DNA of 64,000 nucleotides from Syntrophales bacterium (GTDB lineage: Bacteria > Desulfobacterota > Syntrophia > Syntrophales > UBA2210), in assembly GCA_963662405.2 (NCBI GenBank), contig CAXXKT010000001.1, forward strand, positions 608,001 to 672,000, in the 5' to 3' direction. Shown piece by piece: positions 21,085-32,058 of this stretch; positions within the stretch are counted from its first letter, which is position 1; every line of letters begins with the position of its first letter. A program made the position numbers and the translations under genes. Under the pieces are notes generated by a model. The model ran no database searches and was not told the DNA's origin. It saw nothing but the letters and a program-made list of their open reading frames with translations.

Positions 21085-21319
21085 TATTGCCGTGGTCAGA
21101 ACTGACCACGGTAGCACCATTCTGAACAGGTGCCACCACGAACCGGGGGCACGCATACCTCTTTCTGCGCCCCCATAATACAATGATTATTTCATTGACA
21201 CATCTCACCGTTTATCATAGTTTTCCCCGATTCAACGTGATTTTTTGTATCCATCAGCTCGGTTTTTGGCGCACCGATCACACACAAATCATATATCGCA
21301 GCATTCAGGTTACTTTTTT

Positions 21320-22111
21320 ATGAACGGACTGATTATCGCCTGTGGGAAAAAAGATTCCCTCGGTAACGACAGGCTCATGAACCCACGGGGGCTGATGTGT
21401 TTTGGTAAGCGGGAGGTCGTCGCTCATATCGTGGACAAGATGGCAGACGTGGGTGTTTCTTCCGTCTGGATTATCGTCGAGCAGGGCCTTCGAGAAGCAT
21501 ACGAAACGGTTTTCAAAAAGTCCAAATCCGGCTGCACCGTATATATCGAGGAATTCTCAGGTCTTGAGAGCGTTCCCGCCTATATCTACGGCGCGCTGAG
21601 ATTCTCCCACGGAGCCCCTCTCGTCGCCATCGCCGATGACAATCTGTTTACCTTCTCGCTGGCCCCCCTCGTCGAAAGCGCTCTCCGGCGCGACAAATCG
21701 GTGCTGGCCGTCCGTGATCGATCAGCGATTGACGGTGACGCCGCACAGATGAACCTGGGAGAAGTAGTCGTCGATCGGAACGGTAAAATCACCAAATTCC
21801 GGGATTCCTTTACCGACGCCGGGATACTCCACAGTCGCCTTATTGCCCTTGATATCTGGGTGTTTCACCCTTGTACCGTTGCTTTGATTGACGCCCTGCT
21901 GAAGAAGAATACACCGCTGGCATCCCTTACCAAAACATTTATCAACAATCTCAGCTGCTACGAAATGAACGACGGATTCTGGGCCGATGTCGGGAAAAAA
22001 TCGCTGCGTCATTCGGCATCTCTCTATTTTTCAAAAAGCCTCCCTGACGAAGAGACCGTCTCTGTGGATAGCGAAGATCCCTCCTCACACAGTCGACCCC
22101 TGCGGATATGA
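21320..22111 (+). CDS. Sugar-phosphate nucleotidyltransferase-like protein (degenerate signature)
   Basis: GLIIACG, IADDNLF, GEVVVD..GKITKF, WADVG; lacks GxGTR. Confidence 0.65.
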   Translation: MNGLIIACGKKDSLGNDRLMNPRGLMCFGKREVVAHIVDKMADVGVSSVWIIVEQGLREAYETVFKKSKSGCTVYIEEFSGLESVPAYIYGALRFSHGAPLVAIADDNLFTFSLAPLVESALRRDKSVLAVRDRSAIDGDAAQMNLGEVVVDRNGKITKFRDSFTDAGILHSRLIALDIWVFHPCTVALIDALLKKNTPLASLTKTFINNLSCYEMNDGFWADVGKKSLRHSASLYFSKSLPDEETVSVDSEDPSSHSRPLRI

Positions 22112-23064
22112 GTAGACCTCCGAAACGCATACGATCCACTATCATCCGACTGTGCTGGTCCGCCGCAGATATCCTGTGCATGGCCATTGTCCTCTTCCTC
22201 AAAAGAAGACTGGCCACGCGGTCACACGAGCAGGCCCTCGCGTCGGGAAAGAGGGCGGGAACAGCCCTCTTTATTATTTCAAGCATCCTCCATCGTCTGG
22301 CACTTCAGGAGGAATCCATCTCCCGGAATATCCGCCTGACCTTCGGTGATGATATGGCTCCCCGCGATGTCAGACGGACGGCAAAGGAATCCTACCAGCA
22401 CATGGCGATGAGCATCGCGGAGACCCTCGCCAGCCTTTCATGGCCGGAGAGCAAGCTGCACACGACCTTCTTCATCAAAGGTTCGGAGCATATTGACGAT
22501 ACCCTGCAATCCAACAGAAAATTGATCCTTGCCGGCGGTCACTACGGAAACTGGGAGTTGCTTGTCCACTTCCCGCTTATCCTCGGCCTTGACAAGAAGG
22601 TGGTTACGGTTATGCAGGATTTTCCGCTCCACCGCTTCTCTCATTTTCTGAAAACCATGCGCGGCAACGGACTCGATGCAATCCTCTTCCGGGGAAAGGG
22701 AACACCACAAAAGGTCATATCTACGCTCCAGGGGAACGATATCGTGGGAATCATCCTTGATCATCATACCGCAAACCAGCCGGTGATCGAGGTCCCCTTC
22801 TTCCAGCGACCGGCGAAGACACAGACGGCCCCCGCCTTTCTCGCCAGAGAGACGGGGGCACCGGTGCTTCCCGTTTTTGTGCGACGTCTCCGTACCGATC
22901 CCACGAAACATATGATATCCATCTATCCGGCGATTCAATCGAACCCTTTACGGAGATATGACGAGGATGCCGTATCGATCCTTTCCTATTACAGGACCCT
23001 CCTGGAAAAACAGATACGCGACGACCCCGGACAGTACCTGTGGACCTTTATCCCGTGGGAGTGA
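22108..23064 (+). CDS. LpxL/HtrB-family lipid acyltransferase
   Basis: HYGNWE (HX4E), VPFFQRPA, LARETGAPV, PGQYLW. Confidence 0.85.
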   Translation: MSRPPKRIRSTIIRLCWSAADILCMAIVLFLKRRLATRSHEQALASGKRAGTALFIISSILHRLALQEESISRNIRLTFGDDMAPRDVRRTAKESYQHMAMSIAETLASLSWPESKLHTTFFIKGSEHIDDTLQSNRKLILAGGHYGNWELLVHFPLILGLDKKVVTVMQDFPLHRFSHFLKTMRGNGLDAILFRGKGTPQKVISTLQGNDIVGIILDHHTANQPVIEVPFFQRPAKTQTAPAFLARETGAPVLPVFVRRLRTDPTKHMISIYPAIQSNPLRRYDEDAVSILSYYRTLLEKQIRDDPGQYLWTFIPWE

Positions 23065-23187
23065 GGCCATATTTTTTGTGTTGATTTTTTTATCCAGAAT
23101 TGCATATATATACAGGAGATTGTATCTGATTCTTTATCTTGCGGAGGGGTCCTCCGCGGCCATCGACATCACGAAAGGAGACACACA

Positions 23188-25269
23188 ATGAAAGCAACCC
23201 CCCATATCCTGCGAGGATTGACGACGCTGATGATCCTTTCTTTTTTTCTATTCGGCCCCTCCTGCGGTAGCGGGACCGCGGCTGAGTATGAGGACTGCGT
23301 GATCGGTCCAGGGAATTGCATCATCATCGACACCAACAATGATCACATCCCCAACCCCGGGCCGGGCGCGGGGGATGACGCCTCCTTTGTCGTCCAGTAC
23401 TCGACCGACAACCAGACCCTCAGGGTGTACGCGGAAGGCGGCGTCGGGATCTTTCCATCGATGGACCCTCCTTATCCGGAGGCGTGGTTTTATCAGTACA
23501 ATGCCGGGACCTCCGTTTTCGAGGAAGTCGCGGGGACGGACGGCGTTACGAGCTTCAATGACTTTCACGATTATCTGCAGGTCCGATTCGTCCCCGGCAA
23601 GGTCAACGGGTCGGCGACCTTGAACCGGTTCGAGTTCTACTGGCTGAACACCCTCGTAGAGGGCGATTGGCGTAATACTGATTTCCCGGATCTTGCATGG
23701 AACGCGGGGGACAAGGTCGGGACCTTCACGCTGGTGGACAACAATCACGACGGGTTCTACGATACCATCGAGTATCTCATCTCGCTCAATACCACGCACC
23801 CCTGGATCCCCTCCGTCAATGTCCTGGCGGATCAGGCGTTGGAGTACTACCCCTCGGCGAGCGACCGGCAGTATCTGGTCATACCCCAGATGGCTCACGT
23901 GTATCAGCTATCTCCCTTCGAGGAAATCGGGCCGTTCGATATCTTCATCCCCCGGGACGGCGATGGGATCTGTCTCGAATGCGGGGGAGAAAAACTTTTC
24001 GAGGTCTCACGGGAGGTCACCGAAACGGGCACAACCTATCCCCTCTACTATCCCCATGTGGCGTGCACGACCGTGTGGGGAACGGAGATCTGCGCCATCA
24101 ACACCAGCGCAACCGAGACAGTCAATGGTGTTTTCCGTGGGTACAGCGACGCGGGGGTGCTGATCTCCGAGATCGACGACGTCGCCCTCCCTCCCCACGG
24201 CCGGAGGGAGATCGCCGTGTGTGACGATTTTACCGATTCGGCAAATATCGGCTACATCGTCTTCGAGTCCGACAGCGAGGACGTGGTGGGGTACACGAAG
24301 TTCTACCGGGACGGGTACTATCGCGTCGCGATTCCCGCCGTTTCCGAGATCAACGCCGGAGACATCTACGTCACCCACATTGCGTCCGATGAAGCCAGAG
24401 GGTGGGGGACCGGGATCAGCCTTCTCAATACGACCGCGTCGGCCAAGACCGTGACGATCGAGTTCGACAACGGGCAGACCCGTGATGTGGATCTGGCGGC
24501 CCATGAGCACAAGGCGGTCCTGGTCAGGTCCCTCTTTGGCGGTCAGTACCAGCCGGGGATCAACTCGGCCGTGATCCGTGATGCGGACGGGGTGATCGGA
24601 CTGGAGATCTTCACCAACGGTGTGGGGTACCAGATGAGCGGTATCCTGCTGAAGGACAGGACCGCCACGACCATGTACTATCCGCATACCCGGAACGCGG
24701 GCGACTGGGGGACGGGTATTGTGGCCTACAATCCGTCGGAGACGAAATGTGACCTCACCATTTCTCCGTATACGGCGGCGGGTGTGGCCCTTCCCCAGGC
24801 GGAAGAGGAGATTGCCGGGGGTGCGCACTATATCGGGCTGGTATCACAACTCGTGGATGAGACGACGGCCTGGCTGAAGATAGAGTCGACGGCCGAGATC
24901 ACGGGTCTCGAACTTCTGGCGCAGGGTACGAACCGTCTGGCCGGCTGCAGCTGCGTCGGCATCACCGGGACGGCGGGTGTTTTCTCCAAGCTGGAGCGGG
25001 ACGGTACGACGGAGATTGCCTTTGCGAACACGGAGGGCGCTGCGGCGACGGTGACCCTGACGGCGTACAACGATGCCGGTGACGTGATCGCCACGGAAGT
25101 GGTTGCACTGGGCGCGTATGCGAAGCGCTCCGGGGCACCGGTGGATCTCTTTGCGGGAGATATTACCGGGGCCACCTATATCGGCTACGTATCGAACCGG
25201 GCCCTGGCCGCGCTTCAGGTCAACGCCGCGTCCGATAACATGATGCTGGATGCGCTGCCGGGGCTGTGA
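23188..25269 (+). CDS. Large secreted protein with Ca-binding-like motifs and four C-terminal beta-rich repeats
   Basis: Signal peptide, RBS GGAG, DTNNDH / DNNHDG motifs, repeated (Y)xPH...WGTxIxxxN units. Confidence 0.8.
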   Translation: MKATPHILRGLTTLMILSFFLFGPSCGSGTAAEYEDCVIGPGNCIIIDTNNDHIPNPGPGAGDDASFVVQYSTDNQTLRVYAEGGVGIFPSMDPPYPEAWFYQYNAGTSVFEEVAGTDGVTSFNDFHDYLQVRFVPGKVNGSATLNRFEFYWLNTLVEGDWRNTDFPDLAWNAGDKVGTFTLVDNNHDGFYDTIEYLISLNTTHPWIPSVNVLADQALEYYPSASDRQYLVIPQMAHVYQLSPFEEIGPFDIFIPRDGDGICLECGGEKLFEVSREVTETGTTYPLYYPHVACTTVWGTEICAINTSATETVNGVFRGYSDAGVLISEIDDVALPPHGRREIAVCDDFTDSANIGYIVFESDSEDVVGYTKFYRDGYYRVAIPAVSEINAGDIYVTHIASDEARGWGTGISLLNTTASAKTVTIEFDNGQTRDVDLAAHEHKAVLVRSLFGGQYQPGINSAVIRDADGVIGLEIFTNGVGYQMSGILLKDRTATTMYYPHTRNAGDWGTGIVAYNPSETKCDLTISPYTAAGVALPQAEEEIAGGAHYIGLVSQLVDETTAWLKIESTAEITGLELLAQGTNRLAGCSCVGITGTAGVFSKLERDGTTEIAFANTEGAAATVTLTAYNDAGDVIATEVVALGAYAKRSGAPVDLFAGDITGATYIGYVSNRALAALQVNAASDNMMLDALPGL

Positions 25270-25330
25270 TCTGCTTTGGCTCATCAGCGCCGTGCCAGCA
25301 CCATAAGACAGATCAGAAGCACCATACCGT

Positions 25331-25363
25331 GAAGGCGCAGGGGGTTGCACACCCTGCGCCTTC
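25331..25363 (+). terminator. GC-rich hairpin after the secreted protein gene
   Basis: GAAGGCGCAGGG / CCCTGCGCCTTC 12-bp stem followed by CCTTTGT. Confidence 0.6.
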
Positions 25364-25459
25364 CCTTTGTACTGACATTTCTGATTCGAACGATAGCGTG
25401 TGGTGAAAAATGCATGCGATACGCGGTGATATGCCAATGCGAAGAAAGGAATCGGGTTC

Positions 25460-26233
25460 GTGGAAAGCGGAGTAGTCAAAACGAACACAGATTTCATACG
25501 TGATCCCATCGCGCACAGAAAGCGGCTGTTCATCCCCGAGCTTCACGACATCCATCCCGGCTCCTGCCGGACGCTAGCCCGCATCATCTCTTCCCTCCCA
25601 CCAACGGTGACACAATCTCTGACACTCCTGATCGTCCCCTACTGGCGGGATAAAGAGGCGATCAATCCGGGGACCCCCCTGCTCGGCCTGATCCATTCCC
25701 TCCCGGGAGAGAGGGTCCTCCATGGATACTCGCACGACCGCCCCGATACGATCTGGAACCGTCTCTGGTTCGGAACCGAGCACCACGGAGAGTTTGACGG
25801 TTTGGAGGCGAGTGATGCGACCACGCGAATCATGATGGGACTTTCGGCCTTTGAGCGAGCGGGACTCCCGCGGCCCCGCCTCTTCTGTGCCCCCCGGTGG
25901 CTCCAGAACAGGGCGACCACCGACGCCTTGTTTGAACTCGGTTTCGCTGGATTTATGGACAGGAGAGGGGTCATGACCCGAAACGGAGTACGCCATGCCA
26001 TACCGGCCGTCGGATTTGATACGGGCCGCAGGCGATGGAAAACGATCTTCCATCTCCTCGCGACCCGGCTGTATATCGATTTTCTTATGAAAACGGGCCG
26101 TCCTTTCCGCCTCGCCCTGCACCCCTCCGACACGGAGGACAACCGCATCGTCCGGTTCCTCACAGAACTCTTTGCGCGCCTGGAGCGTGACGGTTGGCAA
26201 CCGGCCACCGTCGACGAAATCATTACCCTATGA
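25460..26233 (+). CDS. DUF2334 / polysaccharide deacetylase-like protein
   Basis: LHDIHP, LHGYSH, GEF, F.AP.W, RLALHP motifs of the NodB-like fold. Confidence 0.8.
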   Translation: MESGVVKTNTDFIRDPIAHRKRLFIPELHDIHPGSCRTLARIISSLPPTVTQSLTLLIVPYWRDKEAINPGTPLLGLIHSLPGERVLHGYSHDRPDTIWNRLWFGTEHHGEFDGLEASDATTRIMMGLSAFERAGLPRPRLFCAPRWLQNRATTDALFELGFAGFMDRRGVMTRNGVRHAIPAVGFDTGRRRWKTIFHLLATRLYIDFLMKTGRPFRLALHPSDTEDNRIVRFLTELFARLERDGWQPATVDEIITL

Positions 26234-27222
26234 ACGATCCATCCAAACTCTTATCGGTTATCACTACCGTCCACAACGGGGCTCGGGATATCGGAGCATG
26301 TCTCCGGTCTATTGCTCTGCAGGAGGAGATCGACGATTACGATGTCGAGATCATCGTCGTGGACGATCGGAGTGAGGAAGATATCGCCGGTCAGGTGCAC
26401 CATGCGGCTGTTTCAAACGTCTGTCTCATTCGAATTGATGAATACAGCTCCTCTGATCGAACGGCACGACAGGTCGCCCTCGACGCAGGGTTCGCAAAGG
26501 CCCGGGGTTCGGTGATCTTCCTGATCGACAGTGACGGAATCGCGCCGGTACGGTGGATGCGGCAGGTCCTCGATCTCTTCGAATCAACGGGGGCCGATGC
26601 CGTCGCTGGCTCTCTCGTCTTCAGACCACCGCCCCCGTTTATCTCCGCCCTGCAGACCGTCGATGCCGCCTTCTACTTTTCATGGTGCCGGATTATGAAC
26701 GGCCTGGGGGTAAAGACCGGCGGGTATTTCGGGAACTTCGCCGTCCGCCGGAAAGCGTATCTGTCGATCGGCGGGTTTCGCGCCCTCGGCTTCACGCTCA
26801 CCGAAGACCAGGCCTTCATCCGGGCGCTGCACGATCATGGACGGACCGTGACGTTTCTCGACCACAATCCGGTGTCGGTGAAGACGCCGCCTTCATGGGG
26901 CGCCGTGCTGGATCGTTCGATGCGATTCAGCACCGGCGGGCTTTCCTGTCTTGCCGCTGCGTTTGTCCTCTGGGTCCTGGTACTTCCCGTATTGGCGATG
27001 GGAGGCACCCTGTGGGGAGGTATATTCTGGGGGGCAACACTCTTCCGTTTTCTTGCCGGCCTTATCCTGATCTTATTTTCACTTCCCGGGAAGATCAGGC
27101 CCCTTTACATTCCCGTTCTTCTTTGCTACGAACCGATTGCCATCATTATCGCCATGTGTGCGGTGTTTCGTGTGATCGTTTTACGAGAGGTTGATTGGGG
27201 AGGGATCACATATAAACGATGA
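26230..27222 (+). CDS. Membrane glycosyltransferase, family 2
   Basis: VVDDRS, IDSD (DxD), GNFAVRR, TED, C-terminal TM helices, WGG..Y end. Confidence 0.9.
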   Translation: MNDPSKLLSVITTVHNGARDIGACLRSIALQEEIDDYDVEIIVVDDRSEEDIAGQVHHAAVSNVCLIRIDEYSSSDRTARQVALDAGFAKARGSVIFLIDSDGIAPVRWMRQVLDLFESTGADAVAGSLVFRPPPPFISALQTVDAAFYFSWCRIMNGLGVKTGGYFGNFAVRRKAYLSIGGFRALGFTLTEDQAFIRALHDHGRTVTFLDHNPVSVKTPPSWGAVLDRSMRFSTGGLSCLAAAFVLWVLVLPVLAMGGTLWGGIFWGATLFRFLAGLILILFSLPGKIRPLYIPVLLCYEPIAIIIAMCAVFRVIVLREVDWGGITYKR

Positions 27223-27959
27223 TACACGTCTCAGAGGAAGCGTTCATCCGCCCGTTCAAAACCGAAGATCGTTCAGCGGTGAGGGACATCGCGTACCGCA
27301 CGGCGTTTCGCCGTCGAGGTGAACGCATTTTCCCCGGCCTGGCAAAACCCGTCGCCGACTATCTTACCCTGTATTACACGGATCACGAACCCCGTCATAC
27401 CTGGGTCCTGGAAAATGAGGGCCGGGTCACGGGATATCTTCTGGGCTGCTCCGACACGCAACGTTACATCCGTCTGATGGCGACACGGGTCATCCCGCTC
27501 ATCCTCTGCGCCATACCGTTATACCTCCTGAAGTCGGAATCGAAAGACACAACAGGGAGATTCATGAAGTGGTTTCTGCTCCATTCGTGGCGAGAGGTTC
27601 CCTCCGTTCCTGTGCGAGAATTCCCCGCTCATTGCCATTTCAATCTCCTTCCCGGCTCATATGGCCTGATGTATGCGTCGAGACTCCTTCTGGCATTCCT
27701 GGAACAACTGAACGAGCGGGAGATACAAGGCGTTCATTTTGCCGTTACCGAACGGGAACGCAGGGGCGCATACAAGGGAATGGCCGACAGGTTTGTCCGG
27801 CACTATCCGCAAACGAAAATCTACTACAGGGAACGACGATCTTCCTTTCATTCCACGGTATTCGGAAATACAGAGAGTATAATCAACAGGGTCTGGGGTA
27901 TGTCAGTGAGGGATCTGACAACAGGTGTGAGCATGATGGCCTCATTATTTCACCTCTAA
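27219..27959 (+). CDS. GNAT-family acetyltransferase-like protein
   Basis: IRPF...D, GRVTGYLLG, PAHCHFNLLP; start overlaps the GT2 stop (ATGA). Confidence 0.75.
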   Translation: MIHVSEEAFIRPFKTEDRSAVRDIAYRTAFRRRGERIFPGLAKPVADYLTLYYTDHEPRHTWVLENEGRVTGYLLGCSDTQRYIRLMATRVIPLILCAIPLYLLKSESKDTTGRFMKWFLLHSWREVPSVPVREFPAHCHFNLLPGSYGLMYASRLLLAFLEQLNEREIQGVHFAVTERERRGAYKGMADRFVRHYPQTKIYYRERRSSFHSTVFGNTESIINRVWGMSVRDLTTGVSMMASLFHL

Positions 27960-27979
27960 TGATCAGAGGAGGGTCGGTT

Positions 27980-28222
27980 ATGAAAAGGAACAAGGCGGTA
28001 TCGGCACTGAAACGAATTGCACAGATCCTTACTGTGTGGGTTGTGTTGGCGGGGGGATATATCGCAGCCATCGTGGCGTATGACGTCACCGTCTTCGGAT
28101 GGTTAGACCTGCGGAAGGCCACTCTCCACAAGGCCTTATGGGTCCCGGCATTTCAGACTGTTTTCCTGTGCCTTGCTTTCGCCTGTCGTTTCGCATACCG
28201 GAGATGGCGCAACGCAGACTGA
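27980..28222 (+). CDS. Small membrane protein (80 aa, 2 TM)
   Basis: Strong RBS GAGGAGG; two hydrophobic segments. Confidence 0.6.
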   Translation: MKRNKAVSALKRIAQILTVWVVLAGGYIAAIVAYDVTVFGWLDLRKATLHKALWVPAFQTVFLCLAFACRFAYRRWRNAD

Positions 28223-28337
28223 AAGATGAAGCCAGCTGTCGCAGCGATAATGCCGGTGGCCCAACCGACTCATATGATTCAAGAAGCGGATTGTAAACGA
28301 TGAAGTGTGCGTGAGATTCGAAGGAAGAGTGACGCTA

Positions 28338-30443
28338 TGCAGGAAGGACACATGCATCGACCCGTCCCCGGACGTTTTCCCTGTGGTTATGACCCGGTTC
28401 TTGAGGCCCTGCCGATTGGGATCTACTTCCTCGAAGGTGACCGGCTCAGATATGTCAACCCCTGGCTTTCCGAGGCATTGGGATATGGGAACTGTGAAGA
28501 ATTGATCGGGAAATCATTCCCGGAAATAATTCACCCCGATGATCGGGAACGCATCAAGCTCGAGATACAGGGGCAAACGGCCCGTACAGACCGAATGAAA
28601 TCAGGTGCCGCCTGCTCAAAAAGGATGGATCCACCCTCCGGGTGTGCATGAATGGGAAACACCGTGTTCAAGCAGGAAAGAACGGACACGTTGGTTATGT
28701 GAGGGATACCAATCACTTTGAAGAAATGGAGGCATCCCTGGACAAATACAGAACCATTATCATCGAAATTGAAGACGGGGTGGGCGAAACCGACCTCGAG
28801 GGAAATCTACTTTTTATCAACGATGCCGGATGCCGGCTTCGGGGCTATACCCGGGAGGAAATCATTGGTTCGAACTATCGATCCTATTATGATGTTGATG
28901 AAAAAATAGCAGAATTCTTAAAAAAGGCTCATCGCACAATATACAAAACGGGAGTACCCGGCAGGTTCATCCATGAAATAGTAAGAAGAGACGGCACACG
29001 AAAGATAGTCGAAGATTCAGTTTCTCTGGTTCGGGATACGGGCGGAACCATCACCGGATTTCGAACGGTACAACGGGATGTAACCGACCGTGAGGAAGCG
29101 GGGGAAAAGTTGATCGAGCATCGCACCCGCCTGGAGGCCATATTCAGCAGTGTACAAGACGCCATTATCACGGTAACCCCGGAGCTGCGTGTTATTGCGG
29201 CAAACACGTCAACAGAGACTATCTGCGGGGTCAAAGTGGACGAGATCGAGGGGAAGGTATTCCCCCACTGTCTGAATCAATGCAGTCAGGCGTGTTGCGA
29301 GGTGTTACGACAGACCCTCGAAAAAAAGACCGCCATCAAGGGATATCATATCGAATGCAACTCACCGGTACGTCATCACCAGGTCGCGAGTGTAAGCAGC
29401 TCTCCGCTTCTGGGTCCGGAGGGTGATTTTACGGGGGCAGTCCTGGTCATTCGGGATGTCACCCTGCTCAGGGATCTGGAACGGGAGTTACGGGAGAGAC
29501 ACCAATTTCAGAATATAATCGGCAAGAGCCAAAAATGCAGGATATCTACAACCTCCTGGAGGATTTGGCCAGCTTGGAGACCACGGTCCTGATTACAGGG
29601 GAAAGCGGGACAGGAAAGGAGGTCATCGCCAAGGCACTTCACTATAGCGGTCACCGAGCCGGAAAACCGTTTGTCAAGGTAAGCTGCTCGGCACTGGCTG
29701 AAAACCTCCTTGAGAGCGAACTGTTCGGTCATGTCAAAGGGGCGTTTACCGGGGCTATTCATAACAAACAGGGACGTTTTCAGGCAGCCGACGGGGGAAC
29801 GATCCTGCTGGATGAGATCGGCGACATTTCACCTCTTATTCAGCTCAAGCTTCTACGGGTCCTGCAGGACAAGGAATTTGAGAAGGTTGGAGAAACCACT
29901 ACCCGAAAGGTAGACGTGCGTGTCATCGCATGCACCAACAAAGATCTCAAAGAAAAGGTACGGCATGGAGAGTTCCGGGAAGATCTGTATTACCGCCTCA
30001 AGGTAGTTGAAATCCCGCTTCCTTCCCTTCGTCAAAGACTCAAGGACGTGCCGTTGCTTGTTGATCACTTCTACAGCCTCTTCAATAAAAGGTTCCACAA
30101 GAAGATCGACGGCGTATCCAGCGATGTGCTCACCTATTTCATGGATTATCCTTGGCCGGGGAATGTCCGGGAGCTTGAGCACGCTATCGAGTGCGCTTTT
30201 GTGCTCTGTCACGAGAGGGTCATTACCCTTGAGCACTTACCCCCGGAAATCAAAGACTATAAGAAACCAACACGGGCCACCGTCTCTCATATGCATGCGG
30301 GGAAACCGGAAGAAGCCCGGAATATTTTGAATGCCTTAAATACGACGCTGTGGAACAAGACCAAGGCCGCCCACCTGCTCGGTATCAGCCGACAGACCCT
30401 GTACCGAAAAATTTACGAATATGAAATCCTGAAAAAAGCGTAA
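28338..30443 (+). pseudogene. PAS-domain sigma54-dependent activator split by two -1 frameshifts
   Basis: PAS fragments in successive frames; AAA+ [29 protein letters not shown], Fis HTH; breaks near 28570 and 29531-29535. Confidence 0.85.
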
Positions 30444-30580
30444 CAAAAGCGTATCATATTACACAATGTAACATTACATACTGTCACATTCCCTTCTCCC
30501 GGCACCCCTCCCTTTATCCCCGGCATCCCATAAGAAATGAGAATAAAATCATTTTTTGAACCCGCTTGTACGCCTCGCAC

Positions 30581-30597
30581 TCGGCATGCATCTTGCG
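30581..30597 (+). promoter_or_regulatory. sigma54 promoter of the first binding-protein gene
   Basis: TCGGCATGCATCTTGCG = GG-N10-GC; TGT/ACA-rich enhancer-like tract at 30440-30490. Confidence 0.7.
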
Positions 30598-30687
30598 AAC
30601 CCTTCCTGTTGGTCACACGTTATTTTGTTATCACATAACGTGGAAGCAACCATGAAAAAACATTCTACGAGAAAAAGAGGAAAGGTA

Positions 30688-32058
30688 ATGTTCAGGAGGT
30701 TGAGATTTGGTCTGTTTTTTGTCACAGCACTCGCGCTGACGCTCTGTTTTACATCTACCGGAATAAGCGCCGCTCCATCGGGAGAACCGATTGTGATCGG
30801 GTATACGGGGATGGTGCTTTCCCCGGGAACACGGCCCTGCATGGCCATCCAGAAATTGGCCGTATAAGAAATCAACGAGGCAGGAGGGGTCCTCGGGCGT
30901 CCGCTGAAGTACGTCATAGCCGACAACAAGGGGGCTACCTCACTGACTGTCGAGGGAACGCGCCGTCTGTTGATCGAGGAGAAAGCCAAATTCATCTTTA
31001 TTGAGGGGCGAACGGAGATTTGTCTTGCCGCCCAGGCGAATGCGGTGAGCATGTTCAAAGATTATCCGCATATCATGATATTCAACGGGACGATGGGCCG
31101 TGAGCTGACCGACCGGGTCATCGACAATTATGAGAAATACAAGTTCTGCTTCCGTGACTTCGATCCGGAAGTGGGCCAATTTGCCCAAATGAAATATTTC
31201 TTCGGGGGCCAATTTCAGAAGATGATGCCGGGCATAAAGAGAGTGGCTATCCTGTGGGAGGATCTCGAATGGTGTAAGCCGTACCGCGAGGGGATCCCCG
31301 ATCTGGGTGTGCCATCCTGGGAGGAGATAATAGAAGAATACGGGTACGAGGTGGTCTACAGCAAAGCCGCCAAGCCGCGGGGGACAATGTATCTGCCCCT
31401 CTTCCAACAGATCGCCGGGAAGAAGGCTGATTACATCTTGTACCTCAGTTCCTGGTTTACCGATGTAGAGACGTGCGCCAAACAGTGGGCCGATTCGGCC
31501 GCGCGTGATATCCCTCTTCACCTCTACGGTGGCGTTTCCCAAACCCACGACTTCTGGAAATTGACCGGGGGCAAGGGACTGGGAATCATCAGTTCCTCCT
31601 ATGAACCTATGCTTCCAATGACAGAAAAGACCATCCCTTTTGTCAAACTGGCCAAGGCACACAACATTCCGGCTCAGCTGCATGTTCACCTCGCCTACGC
31701 GGACATCTACTTCATCAAGAAGGCAATCGAAACCGCGGGGGGCGTCGACGATATCGACAAACTGGTCGAGGCAATGGAGACAACGGAGATCACCTATTCT
31801 CTCGGCAAGATGGCCTATGAGCCGACAAGGAAAAAAACCTATTTCCACTCCAAGGTCAGGGTCGATCCGGCCGATCCCCTGAACAAGACCTATCCTGGTG
31901 TATTTCTTCAGGTCATGGGACAATTCCAGAACGACGGCAAAATAGTGTATCTGGGAGGCTCTTGCAAGGAGAATGAAGAGCTTGCCCAAAAAGCTGGCAT
32001 GGGAAAACCGGAAAATTATGTCTATTCGGCCGAACTGATGAAGAGAGCGAAGGAATAA
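30688..32058 (+). pseudogene. LivK-like ABC substrate-binding protein with an in-frame TAA at 30865-30867
   Basis: QKLAV*EINEAGG versus QKLAVQEINEAGG in the paralog at 33302; both halves are in the same frame. Confidence 0.9.

Noticed and set aside
29525..29540. Programmed -1 frameshift in the sigma54 activator
   Set aside because: No X_XXY_YYZ heptamer in the right frame and no clear stimulatory structure; a second frameshift lies upstream.
30865..30867. Stop-codon recoding in binding protein 1
   Set aside because: The codon is TAA and aligns to Gln in the paralog; it is not a Sec (TGA) or Pyl (TAG) codon, and neighbouring genes are also broken.
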